From: Octopus bimaculoides
Taxonomy: Eukaryota
DNA: 44,915 bases
Reading direction: 5' to 3'
NCBI RefSeq assembly: GCF_001194135.2
Contig: NC_068982.1
Location: forward strand, 17,329,770-17,374,684
Position numbers and translations under genes: made by a program. The notes beneath the pieces were generated by a model. It was not told where the DNA came from, made no database searches, and saw nothing but the letters and a program-made list of their open reading frames with translations. This document shows, piece after piece, positions 23,391 through 35,100 of this stretch (position 1 is its first letter; every line of letters starts with the position of its first letter).

Positions 23391-23979
23391 AGAAAATATG
23401 CAAAAAAAATGAGACATTGGAGCAAAGCACATGGTTCTTCAACCTGTTGGGTCCTACCAAACCATCGAGCCCATGCCAGCATGGGAAATGGACATAAAAT
23501 GATGAATATGATGAATTATGTGGTCACTCAATGTAGCTTCCTCAATAAATTATGGATGTCTCTTTTAATTTCTAAATTTCAGGGCAAAGTTACCTTTAGT
23601 GAAAGGGTTATTGTAACTAAAAAAAAAAAAAAAGTTCTAAGTGTTTACTTTGGTTAGTTATATCTATAATATGGGACAAGTGTCAGGTTTGCATTCAATA
23701 AACAGGGCCAATAGTAGGTGAAGCAAAGTGATACTAGACTGTATTGTTTTTCTCTTTGCTTTCCTGTTGTCTTGTTATTTATTCTAAATTTTGGTTGTCT
23801 TGTCTTAAACTTGCCCCTGCATGCTTTTACTATTGATGAAATCCAAGATGTGATGAACAACCACTTTATCGTTATTTCTTCTTTTTTGTTTTGAAAAAAA
23901 TTTAATTCTATTTTGTTTTAACTAATTATATATTTACTTCTGTGCATGTGTGTGTTGTCTTCAAATGACTTGTCTGCAG

Positions 23980-24012
23980 CATGCGGCATGAAAGTGTCCC
24001 ACCAATTTTCTG
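23980..24012 (+). CDS. FHIP2A: Candidate 33-nt cassette microexon of the FHIP2A-like gene ((S)MRHESVPPIF(C)), possibly also an alternative last exon
   Basis: tgtctgcag acceptor, consensus gtaagt donor, symmetric phase 2/2, no stop in frame, upstream ACTAAT (23921). No homology support that I recognise. Confidence 0.6.
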
Positions 24013-26729
24013 GTAAGTATTTCTTTCTCTTCTACACTATGTATTCAGGATTTAGCCATTCTTACTGCTTCTTCAACAAATACTAATCTGCATGTCTGCT
24101 TGCTAGTGTTGTTGTTGCTCTTGAAATATCTTCCTGCTTGTTCACTGTTTGTTTCTTTGTTTGTCTTTTTCTTTATTGCTACTCCCAAAGGGGGTCCAAA
24201 CCTTCTCTATTGCCATTGTATTGTGATATTAGATAAAGGGCATTACTTTGCTTGCTTCTACTTGTCCAGATGAAATTTAGATAGAAAAGGCATTTTTTTT
24301 TTTTTTTTTAATAAACATTTGCAAAAATTATTCAGTCTATATTAAAGTCTAAAGCAAGTAATTAAGTTGAAGCATAAAGTTATCAAGATCAAAGCTCAAA
24401 GCAAGGTCACATGGTTGACTTTGTATTAACTCTGAAAGCTGACTTACCAGATTTGTGCAGTCTCAGGGTATTGTGGGGTGCTTAATTGTGTTAGTGATTA
24501 CAAAATGGTTAGCGTTAAGTTCAAGTTCGCGGTCTGCAAGAAGATTTGTAGTGCAGTTGTATGAGTACCAAAGAGAATTGATGTAGAGCAGTTTAAACAA
24601 CCACATATTGTTTAACTTATTTTGATTTCTAAGACATGATTCTTTTAAGTTATCTAATTATGTCACTCTATCCCCCAGATATTCAGCATATGTTTGATGG
24701 TTTGGAAGCAGTTTTATTTCACTAGTTGGAAAGTTTTTGACAATCAGTGAACACCATAGGTGTAATCAACTGTTAGAGATATCTGGTGGTTATTACACCC
24801 TTCATATTTGACTATGTCTGCCTCAGTTTGTTTACCCTGCATTAGAAAATGTTGAAGTTTGGACATTTATCAGATTATGTACACAGTAAATGCTCCTTCT
24901 GTAAAAATTGTTGCTTATTTTAACAATAAGTGAATGTTCTTAATACATATATCAATATCTTAATACATATATAAAGATATAAAGGGAATTACAAATTGCC
25001 CAATCAGAGATCAATGAGATACAATGATCTAAGAATAATCTGTTGTCAGATGATTGATTGGCATTGGTATCTATGNNNNNNNNNNNNNNNNATCATGACA
25101 CCTCTCTCTCTCTCTCTTTTTCTTTTTTACCTTTTTAAAGTAACCTTTAGAGTATGGCTTCAGCCATGGAATATTTCCAGTATCCTGAAACTGTTGAATA
25201 ATTCTGCTAGTTTAGGTATAGGTGTTTGCTACCAGCTGTGATTGGAATTTGCTCTTAATTTCATCTTGTGCAATAAGGTGGCATTTGAAACAGTCATGAT
25301 GCAACGCTACTCTATTTCAGGACTCGTGTAGAGCCAGAAGACATAGCGGTGAGCAGGTGTTTTTATAAGGTTTGGTCTGTGGGCATCAGATGTGAAATTG
25401 TCTCTGTACATGCTATAGAATATCCAGGATATCTAGAAACATGATTTGATGCTAGAGTCAACAATTGCCAGGGTGTTCAGTCATGTTGAATCATGTTTTG
25501 ATTTCTATCCTGATCATTTCTGCTGTTGCCAGGACTACACAAATGTCATTCATGCGCACACGTTTATTGTCTTCTAATTAGATCATCAATAACTCTCAAT
25601 AATGTGCAATAGAATGTCAACCTCGTTAAAGCTAATTGTTCGTTGAATCTTGATACGTGAAGTCACATGCCAGGAGTGTTGTAGCCTAGTGTTGAAGTCA
25701 ATTAATACTGTACATACCACTATCTTCCCTTGAGACAAATACTTCCAACTGCCACTGGACCACTGAACCACCGACAGAAATGTGGAATGGTGGCCATGTG
25801 GCAACATCTTGTTGAACTGTTTAATTGCAAAAATGCTAGAAACAGTTTCTGCCGTTATGATAGAGGAAAGATGTTTCTGTGTTCAAATTTAATCAGGGTT
25901 AGTTTTCCTGTCATTCTGTATGGGGGTGGGTGTTAATAAAAATGAATCACTGTCAACATTACCACAACCATTATTTATAAACATTTCATGTTAGACCTTT
26001 GGCTTTCATTTAGCATTATGCCGAAAAATTGTCCAACTGTGCATTATTTCTTCATTACCGTAAGATGTCTATTTATTCACTAGTCTAGAAACCTAGTTTT
26101 TTTTCCTTTTTTTTATCCATCAGATACATATTTTACTGGCCACTTAAAAATCTTTGTTTTGTTTTTTTTCTCTTAATTTTCTCTTACCTTTTTTTAATCC
26201 CTTATAAAACCTTGAATTTTTGTGGATTAGAAAAATTCTCTTTGCACTTGATACTAAACATATTCTGTTCTTATCTCTAATGATAACATGGACTTCTAAT
26301 CCTAGCTTCCCAGATTGTTCTGGGTTTTGTATGCATAATTAAAAATATGTTGGTTGTCAACATATCTCAGACATAATGATATTCATGTTATAAAGATGGA
26401 CTATGCTTTTTTTACTAATGTATTACAGTAACATAATGGGATTAAGTCAATTGGTGACATCCTGTTTTATTTGTGTGTGTGTGTGTGTGTGTTAGACGTT
26501 GTAATGAGTCAAAAACATTTTAAGCCTCATCCACATGCAGGCACACACATATGTTCATGCATACATACAAAATCTTTGTCCCACATCTTATATATATACA
26601 CACGTACATGCTGTTTATAATATGTTTGTACTGTATGTCAATATGTAAATGCTAATAGAAATATAGAAAGAAAAGCATAGACTCTTTCATCATAATTATA
26701 ATTTATTTGGTTAAACATTTGCTATGCTT

Positions 26730-27002
26730 CTGTTGTGGCGGACTTCCCCAAGTAAGAAGTAAATTGTTGCACTACTGATAAATAGTGGACAGACACAGCA
26801 AGTGGTGTCAGTCGGCAAGGACATGTCAGTGGCGACAAGGAGTTTAACTACAAGCAGTGGCAGATAAGACTAACACAGAACTGAACTAAAGAAAAATCTC
26901 AAAGCGGGGAACTGTTGTGGCAGACACTCCCAAGTGAGTAGTGGGCATTTCCACTACTGATATATAGTGGACACACACAGCAAGCGGTGTCAGTCTGCGA
27001 GG
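26730..27002. repeat. Two ~91-bp direct repeats (26730-26820, 26912-27002), period 182
   Basis: Both read ctgttgtggc.gac..cccaagt.ag.agt...cactactgat..atagtggaca.acacagcaag.ggtgtcagtc.gc.agg. Confidence 0.8.
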
Positions 27003-27070
27003 TACGCCATACGGGCCAGTCACACAGACGACAAAGTTATGTTGTCATAATGTGGGACATATCAGCTTCC

Positions 27071-27300
27071 TTAACCCTTTTGATACCAACCTGCCTGAAA
27101 CCACCTCTGGCTCTGTAGTACCAATGTCTTGTTTTCATAAGTTTTGAATTAAAATCTTCCATCAAACCTTAGTCACAATTTATGTTCCTAACACTAGCAT
27201 AATGATAACTAAGTTATTTTACTAAATTCTTTGTTATATTTAAAATTAATTGAAAGAAACACAGAGCATCTCAACAGAAATATGGTAACAAAGGTGTCAA
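27071..27300. mobile_element. Second piggyBac-like MITE (~230 bp)
   Basis: TTAAcccttttgatacc ... ggtaacaaaggtgtcaa: imperfect TIRs, left TTAA intact. Confidence 0.55.
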
Positions 27301-28880
27301 AGGAAATTATCAGTATTCGATAATATTTTCCTAAGATTGTCAATTAATCATTCACAACAGCATTATGCAAATGTCCAGTGTGTTGGGTGGGGGTGCAGTT
27401 TTACTCCATTAGATAACTGTTCTTTCCAAACTATCTCTGCTTCTGTGATAGGAAACCTCCCACCTTAAAATGTTCACATTTACATTAAAAACCTTCCATC
27501 ATGATTTTATTTTAAGAGGCAACAATTTCTAATAATATTTAATTATAAAAATATAATAGGATTTTTGAAATATTGAATGGCTTTAAGAGGCCACTGGATT
27601 AAAATACAAATCAAAGGAGTCCATTGACAAAAAATGGTTGAGAACCACTGACCTCTTGGTCAGTGTCTGAAAAAACAAAATGTGAATAAAAATGGAACCA
27701 GAAAATTTGGTTGAATGTTTACAACAGAGTAAACTCTATTATAGGCATCTCTTTGCCAAATTTTCTTCCTAACTGTCTGAATTGTTTTTCTACTCTGCCA
27801 TTTATCCTGCATGGCTTAGAGCCGCCCTGTTTTTTGTACTGATGCGACAAAAACATTGTTCTAATTGATATACCACTCCAGCTGACATTGGAGGCCCAAC
27901 ATTGATAGCCACGTCCTGAATGTCCTATTCTCCAGTGCAAGGAAGCTTGATGATAGAAGGTGGAATTTGAACTTAGAACATAAAGAGACATAGCAAATAC
28001 TGCAAGTCATTTTCTCAGATGTTCTAATAATTCCACTAAACCATTGCCTTGAACTTTTTACTTTCCATTGACTACAAATTGATAAAAGGCAAGTTGAAAT
28101 CTTAACTTGAAGGTCAGACAGTTAAAGCAAGGCATTCTATCTAATGCTTTAAATCATCATTTAATGTCTGTTTTCTATGATGGTATGGGTTGGGGTGGTT
28201 TTAGAGGGCTGCACCTGGCTCCAGTCGTCTGTTTTGGCATGGTTTCTACAGCTGTATGCCTTTCCTAATGCCAACCACTTTACAGTGTATTGGGTGCTTT
28301 TCATGTGGTACCAGCACAAGTGTTCTTTGTGTGGTACTGGCTGGGTACTTATTACGTGGTGCTGGCACAGGGGCCTTTTATGTAACGCCAGCACCAGTGG
28401 TTTTTAGGTGGCATCAGCACAGGCACTGAATGGTTCTGCCAAATCACTACCTTACTTTGTTATCACAAGTTAAAGATGTAAAATTAGGTCTTGCACCGTT
28501 CAGATATATTTTTGCTTGTAGGGCGCATGAAAAGACATTCGAGCAAGTTCGTTGCCAGTGCAGGTGGCACGTAAAAGCACCCACTACACTCTCAGAGTGG
28601 TTGGCGTTAGGAAGGGCATCCAGCTGTAGAAACTCTGCCAGATCAGATTGGAGCCTGTGTAGCCATTTGGTTCACCAGTCCTCAGTCAAATCATCCAACC
28701 CATGCTAGCATGGAAAGCAGACGTTAAACAATGATGATGATGATGATTCCTGAATACAGAACTTTTACCAAACTCAAGCACACACACACGTGCATGTTTA
28801 TCTCGTTTGTTAAGATCTTTAGATACCTTTGTTATAGATTTATGTTTTATTAAATTTTGCTCTTTTCTTTTATTGTGCAG

Positions 28881-29001
28881 CATGGACACAGAAACTTTCA
28901 ATGAAATGTCTGCTGTGATTGTACTGGAAGAATTTTGCAAGGAACTTTCAGCTATTGCCTTTGTGAAACAGTATGCTGTAATTACTCGACTATCTTTGTG
29001 A
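28881..29001 (+). CDS. FHIP2A: FHIP2A-like terminal coding exon (MDTETFNEMSAVIVLEEFCKELSAIAFVKQYAVITRLSL*)
   Basis: Pyrimidine tract + gtgcag acceptor, phase 2. Hallmark C-terminal VIVLEEFCKEL.AIAFVK followed by TGA. Confidence 0.95.
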
Positions 29002-29063
29002 AATCCCTTGGAGCTATATGTGATATTAATGGAGAGAAAATGGTAAAAGAAATACAAGTCAAT

Positions 29064-29069
29064 AAATAA
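29064..29069 (+). promoter_or_regulatory. Candidate proximal polyadenylation signal AATAAA
   Basis: First AATAAA, about 60 nt after the stop codon. AT-rich context, so it may be chance. Confidence 0.3.
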
Positions 29070-29508
29070 ATAATCCAACTAAAGTAAAAATGGAACTGTG
29101 TGAAACACATGACCACCCAAGAACAAATTTACATCTGTCCATGATTGCTTGATGTGTGAGAAATAGCAGTGAAATATCCCTTGATCACACCCTACCATCT
29201 TAGTAAAAAAAAATAGAAAGAAAAAAATGTTGGATAATGTGATTCAGGGTGCACTATGCTTGGAATAAAGAAGCAGTGGTCATGATTGGAAGGCTTTTTG
29301 TCATCGGGTCGTCCAATCAAAATTGGCCTTGCGCTAAACATACACACACACACTCACACACACTTAAACACGCACACATTTTTAAAAGCCTTCAAGAGTA
29401 ATTTTATTTTATTTATAATTACAAAGTTTTCTCCCCGTCCTTTCTTGTCACTTCTTTACATAGGCCCTATCTGTGCAATGCCTTACATATAATATGTGTG
29501 CATGTATG

Positions 29509-29511
<3 letters not shown>

Positions 29512-29563
<52 letters not shown>
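29512..29563. repeat. (TA)n microsatellite running into an assembly gap. Other (TA)n at 2144, 5902, 18037, 19275, 44323; (CA)n at 2444, 26475; (TAA)n at 30300
   Basis: Read directly from the sequence. Confidence 0.95.
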
Positions 29564-30114
29564 NNNNNNNNNNNNNNNNNNNNNNNNNNNNNNNNNNNNN
29601 NNNNNNNNNNNNNNNNNNNNNNNNNNNNNNNNNNNNNNNNNNNNNNNNNNNNNNNNNNNNNNNNNNNNNNNNNNNNNNNNNNNNNNNNNNNNNNNNNNNN
29701 NNNNNNNNNNNNNNNNNNNNNNNNNNNNNNNNNNNNNNNNNNNNNNNNNNNNNNNNNNNNNNNNNNNNNNNNNNNNNNNNNNNNNNNNNNNNNNNNNNNN
29801 NNNNNNNNNNNNNNNNNNNNNNNNNNNNNNNNNNNNNNNNNNNNNNNNNNNNNNNNNNNNNNNNNNNNNNNNNNNNNNNNNNNNNNNNNNNNNNNNNNNN
29901 NNNNNNNNNNNNNNNNNNNNNNNNNNNNNNNNNNNNNNNNNNNNNNNNNNNNNNNNNNNNNNNNNNNNNNNNNNNNNNNNNNNNNNNNNNNNNNNNNNNN
30001 NNNNNNNNNNNNNNNNNNNNNNNNNNNNNNNNNNNNNNNNNNNNNNNNNNNNNNNNNNNNNNNNNNNNNNNNNNNNNNNNNNNNNNNNNNNNNNNNNNNN
30101 NNNNNNNNNNNNNN
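29564..30114. other. Assembly gap (551 N). Other gaps: 986-1085, 25076-25091, 44396-44405
   Basis: Runs of N. Confidence 1.
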
Positions 30115-30789
30115 TCACACCTGAAAGGTTACTCATGATGGGAAATTCTAAATAATGCCAAACTGAATCACCATCATCAAGTAAACACACACACACACAC
30201 ACACGTGCACACATGTGAAATAACCTTGTTATCAATTCTTCAAAATCAGTTATTAGCAGTGTGCTATGCTGTTGTTTATTTTAACATTTATTATGTGCAA
30301 TAATAATAATAATAATAATAATTATAATAATTATTATTATTTGATTCTTTTTTTTTTATTTTATGACTGTCGTGATGGTAATTGCTTCGAGAAGCAAGTG
30401 AACAACTAGGTTCTCAATCCAGCATGGAACTCTTCACTTATGTCATTAATACAAGATCTTCCCAATTGCTTTGCATTAAAAAAAAATCTTATGAATCATA
30501 TCTTCCTATCAACATTGCAGTGGAGATGTTTGAGATAGTATCAAAAAATTTATCTTGTTGTTGTGACTTCAAATTCTACTGAGATTTAAAGTCAATTTTA
30601 TCTTATATTCCTGTGAAGAGTTGATAAAATAAATATTAAAAAAACAAAAAGATTCACTTTTTGTCTCAGTGTATTCCAGTAACAGAATTAAGGTATAGTT
30701 AAATTTTTTTATTTTTTCAAAGATTGTTTGTACTGTAAGAGGATAATATTATTTTAATCTAGGATTATCCTTTCTTCCTGTTTCTTGAG

Positions 30790-30900
30790 TAACGCTGCGA
30801 TGGACTGGCGTCTCGTCCAGCTGGGGGGGAACACATAACACCATAGAAACCCTTGAAACCGGGCCCATGAGCCTGGTTAGGCTTTAAAAGGGCGCATAAA
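30790..30900 (+). mobile_element. Fragment of a further SINE-like repeat (ctgcgatggactggcgtctcgtccag...)
   Basis: Motif recalls the ctg(c/t)gatggactggcgac(c/t)tgtccaggg block of V-domain SINEs. Single copy here and recalled from memory only. Confidence 0.35.
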
Positions 30901-31079
30901 AAAATAAAAATGCAGCTGTAGAAACCATGTCAAACAGACTATGGAACCTGATGCGGCTTCTGGCCTTGTCAGTGCTGTCAAACTGTCCAACCTGTGCCAG
31001 CATGGAAAATGGGTGTTAAGTAACGATGATAATGATGATGAAGTAACAAGGTCAATTTAATTATACTTTTCCTCTGAAT

Positions 31080-31236
31080 GGAGTGGCTGTGTGGTAAGTA
31101 ACTTGCTTATGAACCACATGGTTCTGGGTTCAGTCCCACTGCGTGGCACCTTGGGCAAATGTCTTCTACTATAGCCTCGGGCCGACCAAAGCCTTGTAAG
31201 TGGATTTGGTGGACGGAAACTGAAAGAAGCCCATAG

Positions 31237-31268
<32 letters not shown>

Positions 31269-31480
31269 TGTTTGTGTGTCTGTGTTTGACCCCCCAACAT
31301 CGCTTGACAACCAATGCTGGTGTGTTTACATCCCCGTAACTTAGCAGTTCGGCAAAAGAGACCGATAGATTAAGTACTAGGCTTACAAAGAATAAGTCCT
31401 GGGGGTCGATTTGCTCGACTAAAGGCGGTGCTCCAACATAGCCTCAGTCAAATGACTGAAACAAGTAAAAGAGAGTAAAG
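31080..31480 (+). mobile_element. SINE family A, near full-length copy
   Basis: Colinear with 3996-4384. Confidence 0.85.
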
Positions 31481-31927
31481 AATTATGCTAATGTTAAAAT
31501 TTAATATCAAGAATTCTAAACAACATAGAATTCTGTTGTTAAAAATCAGATTTTTATGCAGCTTTATAAAATAGTCATTGAAAGACTTCAGAACGACATA
31601 GGAAAGTTCTAAACTCACGTTTACATAAAAGTGTAAATCTTTTTTGTGTAGTTGCACCACACTGGATGGCATATTAAGTACAATATAAACTATGTAGAGT
31701 AGTTTTAAATGAGGTTGTTTGTTTATATGGTTTATGAAAATTTAACAACAAATGGAGAAAGATTTGCTCAACTAAACAGGAAACAGCAAGATGAGTGACA
31801 TTGTGAATGGTGTGAGACTAAAGATGATGAACTTGGGCAGCTCAAACAAAGAAATCTGCAATCAGTAGTCAAAGAGCATTTATTTATTTTTATTTATTTA
31901 TTGCAGTTTGTATTTTCTTTTGATTGT

Positions 31928-32175
31928 CTTTTACTTGTTTCAGTCATTTGACTGCGGCCATGTTGGGGCACCACCTTAAAGAGTTTTAATTGAACAAATC
32001 AACCTCAGGACTTATTTTTAAAGCCTGATTTTTAGTATTTATTTTATCGGTTTTCTTTTGCTGAACCTCTAAGTTACAGGGACGTAAACACACCAATACC
32101 GGTTGTCAAACAGTGGGGAGTACAAACACAGACATAAAGACACACACACATATGACGGGCTTCTTTCAGTTTCCA
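31928..32175 (-). mobile_element. SINE family A, 3' half, abutting the Gypsy integrase end
   Basis: cttttacttgtttcagtcatttgactgcggccatg...gacgggcttctttcagtttcc. Confidence 0.8.
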
Positions 32176-35100
32176 AATGTCCAAAACCGTATACTTTGGT
32201 TTAGCTTTTAACACACGGTGCGGACCGGAATAAACTACCTGGAAAGGAAGCTTAACTGCATCTTTGCGTAACATGAGTCCAGGAATTGCTATCGTGTGGA
32301 ACCAACGTGTTAATCGACTGTGGTCTCGTTATTAATGGAGGTAATTCCGCCATGTAATTTCACAGCCGGTGAATATAGCTGGAAGGATCATGCTGGGTAG
32401 CTGTAGCCAATATCGTTTTACCAGGCAGTGTAAGTGTCGAACCATAAAGTTATTCTGCCGAGGAGTAACCTAGGTTTTCGTTAACAGCGGTACGTAAACC
32501 TAGCAGTGCAATAGGCAGGGCTTCGAACCATCTATCCAAATCGAAATGTGCTCGGAAAGCTGCGTAAAGTTGTCGATGTAAACGTTCTATCATTCTGTTA
32601 GACATGGGGTTGTCAGCTGTTGTACGAATTCGACGCGTACCTCGCAGGTTAGACAGGTCGGCGAGAAAAACTGGACTGGAACTGACGACTCCACGTCAGG
32701 TCGTTTTGTCATAGGTGCTCCAAAGCGTGAAGTCCATTCGATCTTTAGGGTTACTCCTCATGTAATTGTACTCTGAGTACTTGTGTTGTAGTCGAGTATT
32801 CATTTCGTACTCTATCCCTATATTAGTTGAGTGTGTAGGTTGCCATCCATTTTACAGAGTGTCCAAAGTGGGTTTGTTTTACATGGCACCAGCACCGTGT
32901 GGGTTGTCTTGTAACTCACAAGACTAGAGAATCCCCGAGGCAACTGTAAGAGATGAAATGTTTTTTAATTTGTATTTGGAAAAACAGCCTATATAGGTCA
33001 AAAGATACATTTTATCCTAAAGTTGTGGAAGAGGACCTGCGATATATACGTGGATGTGCTTGAAATGAGCGTCTGGAGTAGCGATAGTCCTTAACGGTAT
33101 TTTGATGTGGTGCTTAGTCCTGGTGTTTTGGAAGGATATACAATGGCGCGCCCAATTACGAATGTTCTTCTGCATTTTAAGCCAAACAAAACCATTTGAA
33201 ATTAATTTCGCCGTTGCCAAAATACCCTGATAGAAATCAGAGAAGTCGATTCGTCTATGATTCTCTTGGAGGCACGGTCTAGGAAATCCAGTAGATGCAT
33301 CAGACCATATAAGGGAAACACTAGAATGCAGTTATAATAGACGATGACTGATGTCGGGAGTTGTAATAACTCGTCATTGTTCTTTTGATTCATAGTAATC
33401 ATTTCCAAGTTAAAAGTATTGGCAGAATGCAAAGCATTGACAAAAACACAGGAGAAGGTGTCTGCTGCAGAATTATCAGCACCCTTCTTATAACGAATAT
33501 CCTCACTAAACTGTGAGACATAATCAAAGTGCTCGATGTCCCCAAGAGAGTATTTATCAGACTTAGACTGCATACGTCAAGGGCTTATGATCAGTATATA
33601 GTGAATGAAGGTTCGCCCTTCTAAGAAATGACAAAAATGTTTCACAGATAATTACGTAGTCATAATTCGCTTTCGAAAGTACTGTATCTCGTTTCTGCTG
33701 GTTTGAAACGCTTGAAAGAGGTTGCTTAGCATCATGAACAAACTGTTGCAGTACCGCACCGATTCATACGTCAGATGCATCTATTATCAACGATAAATTT
33801 CTTTATTAAACTACGCAGGGCCGAACACAGAGGGGGAAGAGGAACGTCTGGTACCGGATGGGCTAATAGTGTAACTTTGGTTAACTCTTCTTTGATATCG
33901 TTAAAAGATTGCAATTCTGCTGGATTTAGAGAGATGGTTTCGTTTTTTCTTCTTTTACGATTACGTAACAACACTCTTAGCGGAAATATAGTTTCCGTAC
34001 AGTGCGGAATAAATCTTCTGAAGAAATAAGACCAAGAAATTCTCGCAACCTCTTCAGCAATGCAAGAACAAGAATATTTTTAATGGCATATATTTTTTCA
34101 TTTAAAGAACAGATTCCATCTTTATCAATAATATATCCCAAAATGTAATAGAAGAAGCACCAAAAAGACATTTACTGGGGTTAATTATAACTCCGAACTT
34201 TGACAAGCTTGTAAAATGGTTATTCAAATGCTGTTTGTGCTGCTCCACCGTAGGGTTAGCAATCCACAAATCGTTGCTATAGGCAATAACTAAGTCTAAA
34301 CCACGAGTTCAAATGACCAAAAGGCATTTTAAGAAATTCTAAAAATCCAAAAGGAGTAGTTATGCTATTTTAGGAACATCAGCAGATTCTATAAAAATCT
34401 GATGATAAGTGCGTACTAAATCAATTTTAAAAGCAACAACATTACAACCGTGTAAGGAAGCTGAGAAAATAGGAATATGTGGAATTGAGTACTTCTCAGA
34501 ACAGTTAAAGCATTCAAATATCTGTAGTATCCACAAAGACACTAAGCTCTCTCAGATTGTTTGAAACCATATGAAGTGGAGAAGACCAATTATTATAGGA
34601 AGGTCGAATTGTTCCAAGATCCAACATGTGACTAAATTCGCCCCTAGCAATTTTTAGTTTGTCAACGGTGAGACACCTATGTCGCAATGAAACAGATCCT
34701 TTAGTGATGATATGATGTGTAACAGAGTGTACCGGACTCTCATTATTAAAAAAAAGGGCGAGTGATGTCTGGAAATATCTTAAGGATCATATGATAACAA
34801 ATAGATGTAGAAGGTACAAAGAAAAGAGGACTGGCAGTATCACGTTTACTGCACGGACCCTGCTAAGACAAATCCGCTTCCAGCTCTATCAGTTGTCTGT
34901 GTTTCAAGTCTACAAGCAGACAAAAATGATGCAGAAAGCCGACTTCAAGAATAGAATATGGAAGATTCGCATATATAAAGATCCGCTTAAACTGACGCCT
35001 CAGATTAAGATTCAACGTCATAGATTTCTCACCGTAAGTGGAAATGAGAGAATGGTTAGCAGCTTGTAATGTGATAGTTGATGGTTTTCCTGAATCGCAT

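Noticed and set aside
27635-27650. hAT/Charlie-like termini (ggttgagaaccactg; similar at about 17297-17310 and 40930-40945)
   Set aside because: Only one end of each was found, so element boundaries cannot be supported.
29473-30235. Long 208-250 aa ORFs
   Set aside because: Artefacts of (TA)n plus the N gap.
30382-31900. A third gene between FHIP2 and the TE cluster (short ORFs at 30382 and 31448)
   Set aside because: No recognisable motifs and no consistent splice chain on either strand; more likely 3'UTR or intergenic DNA.
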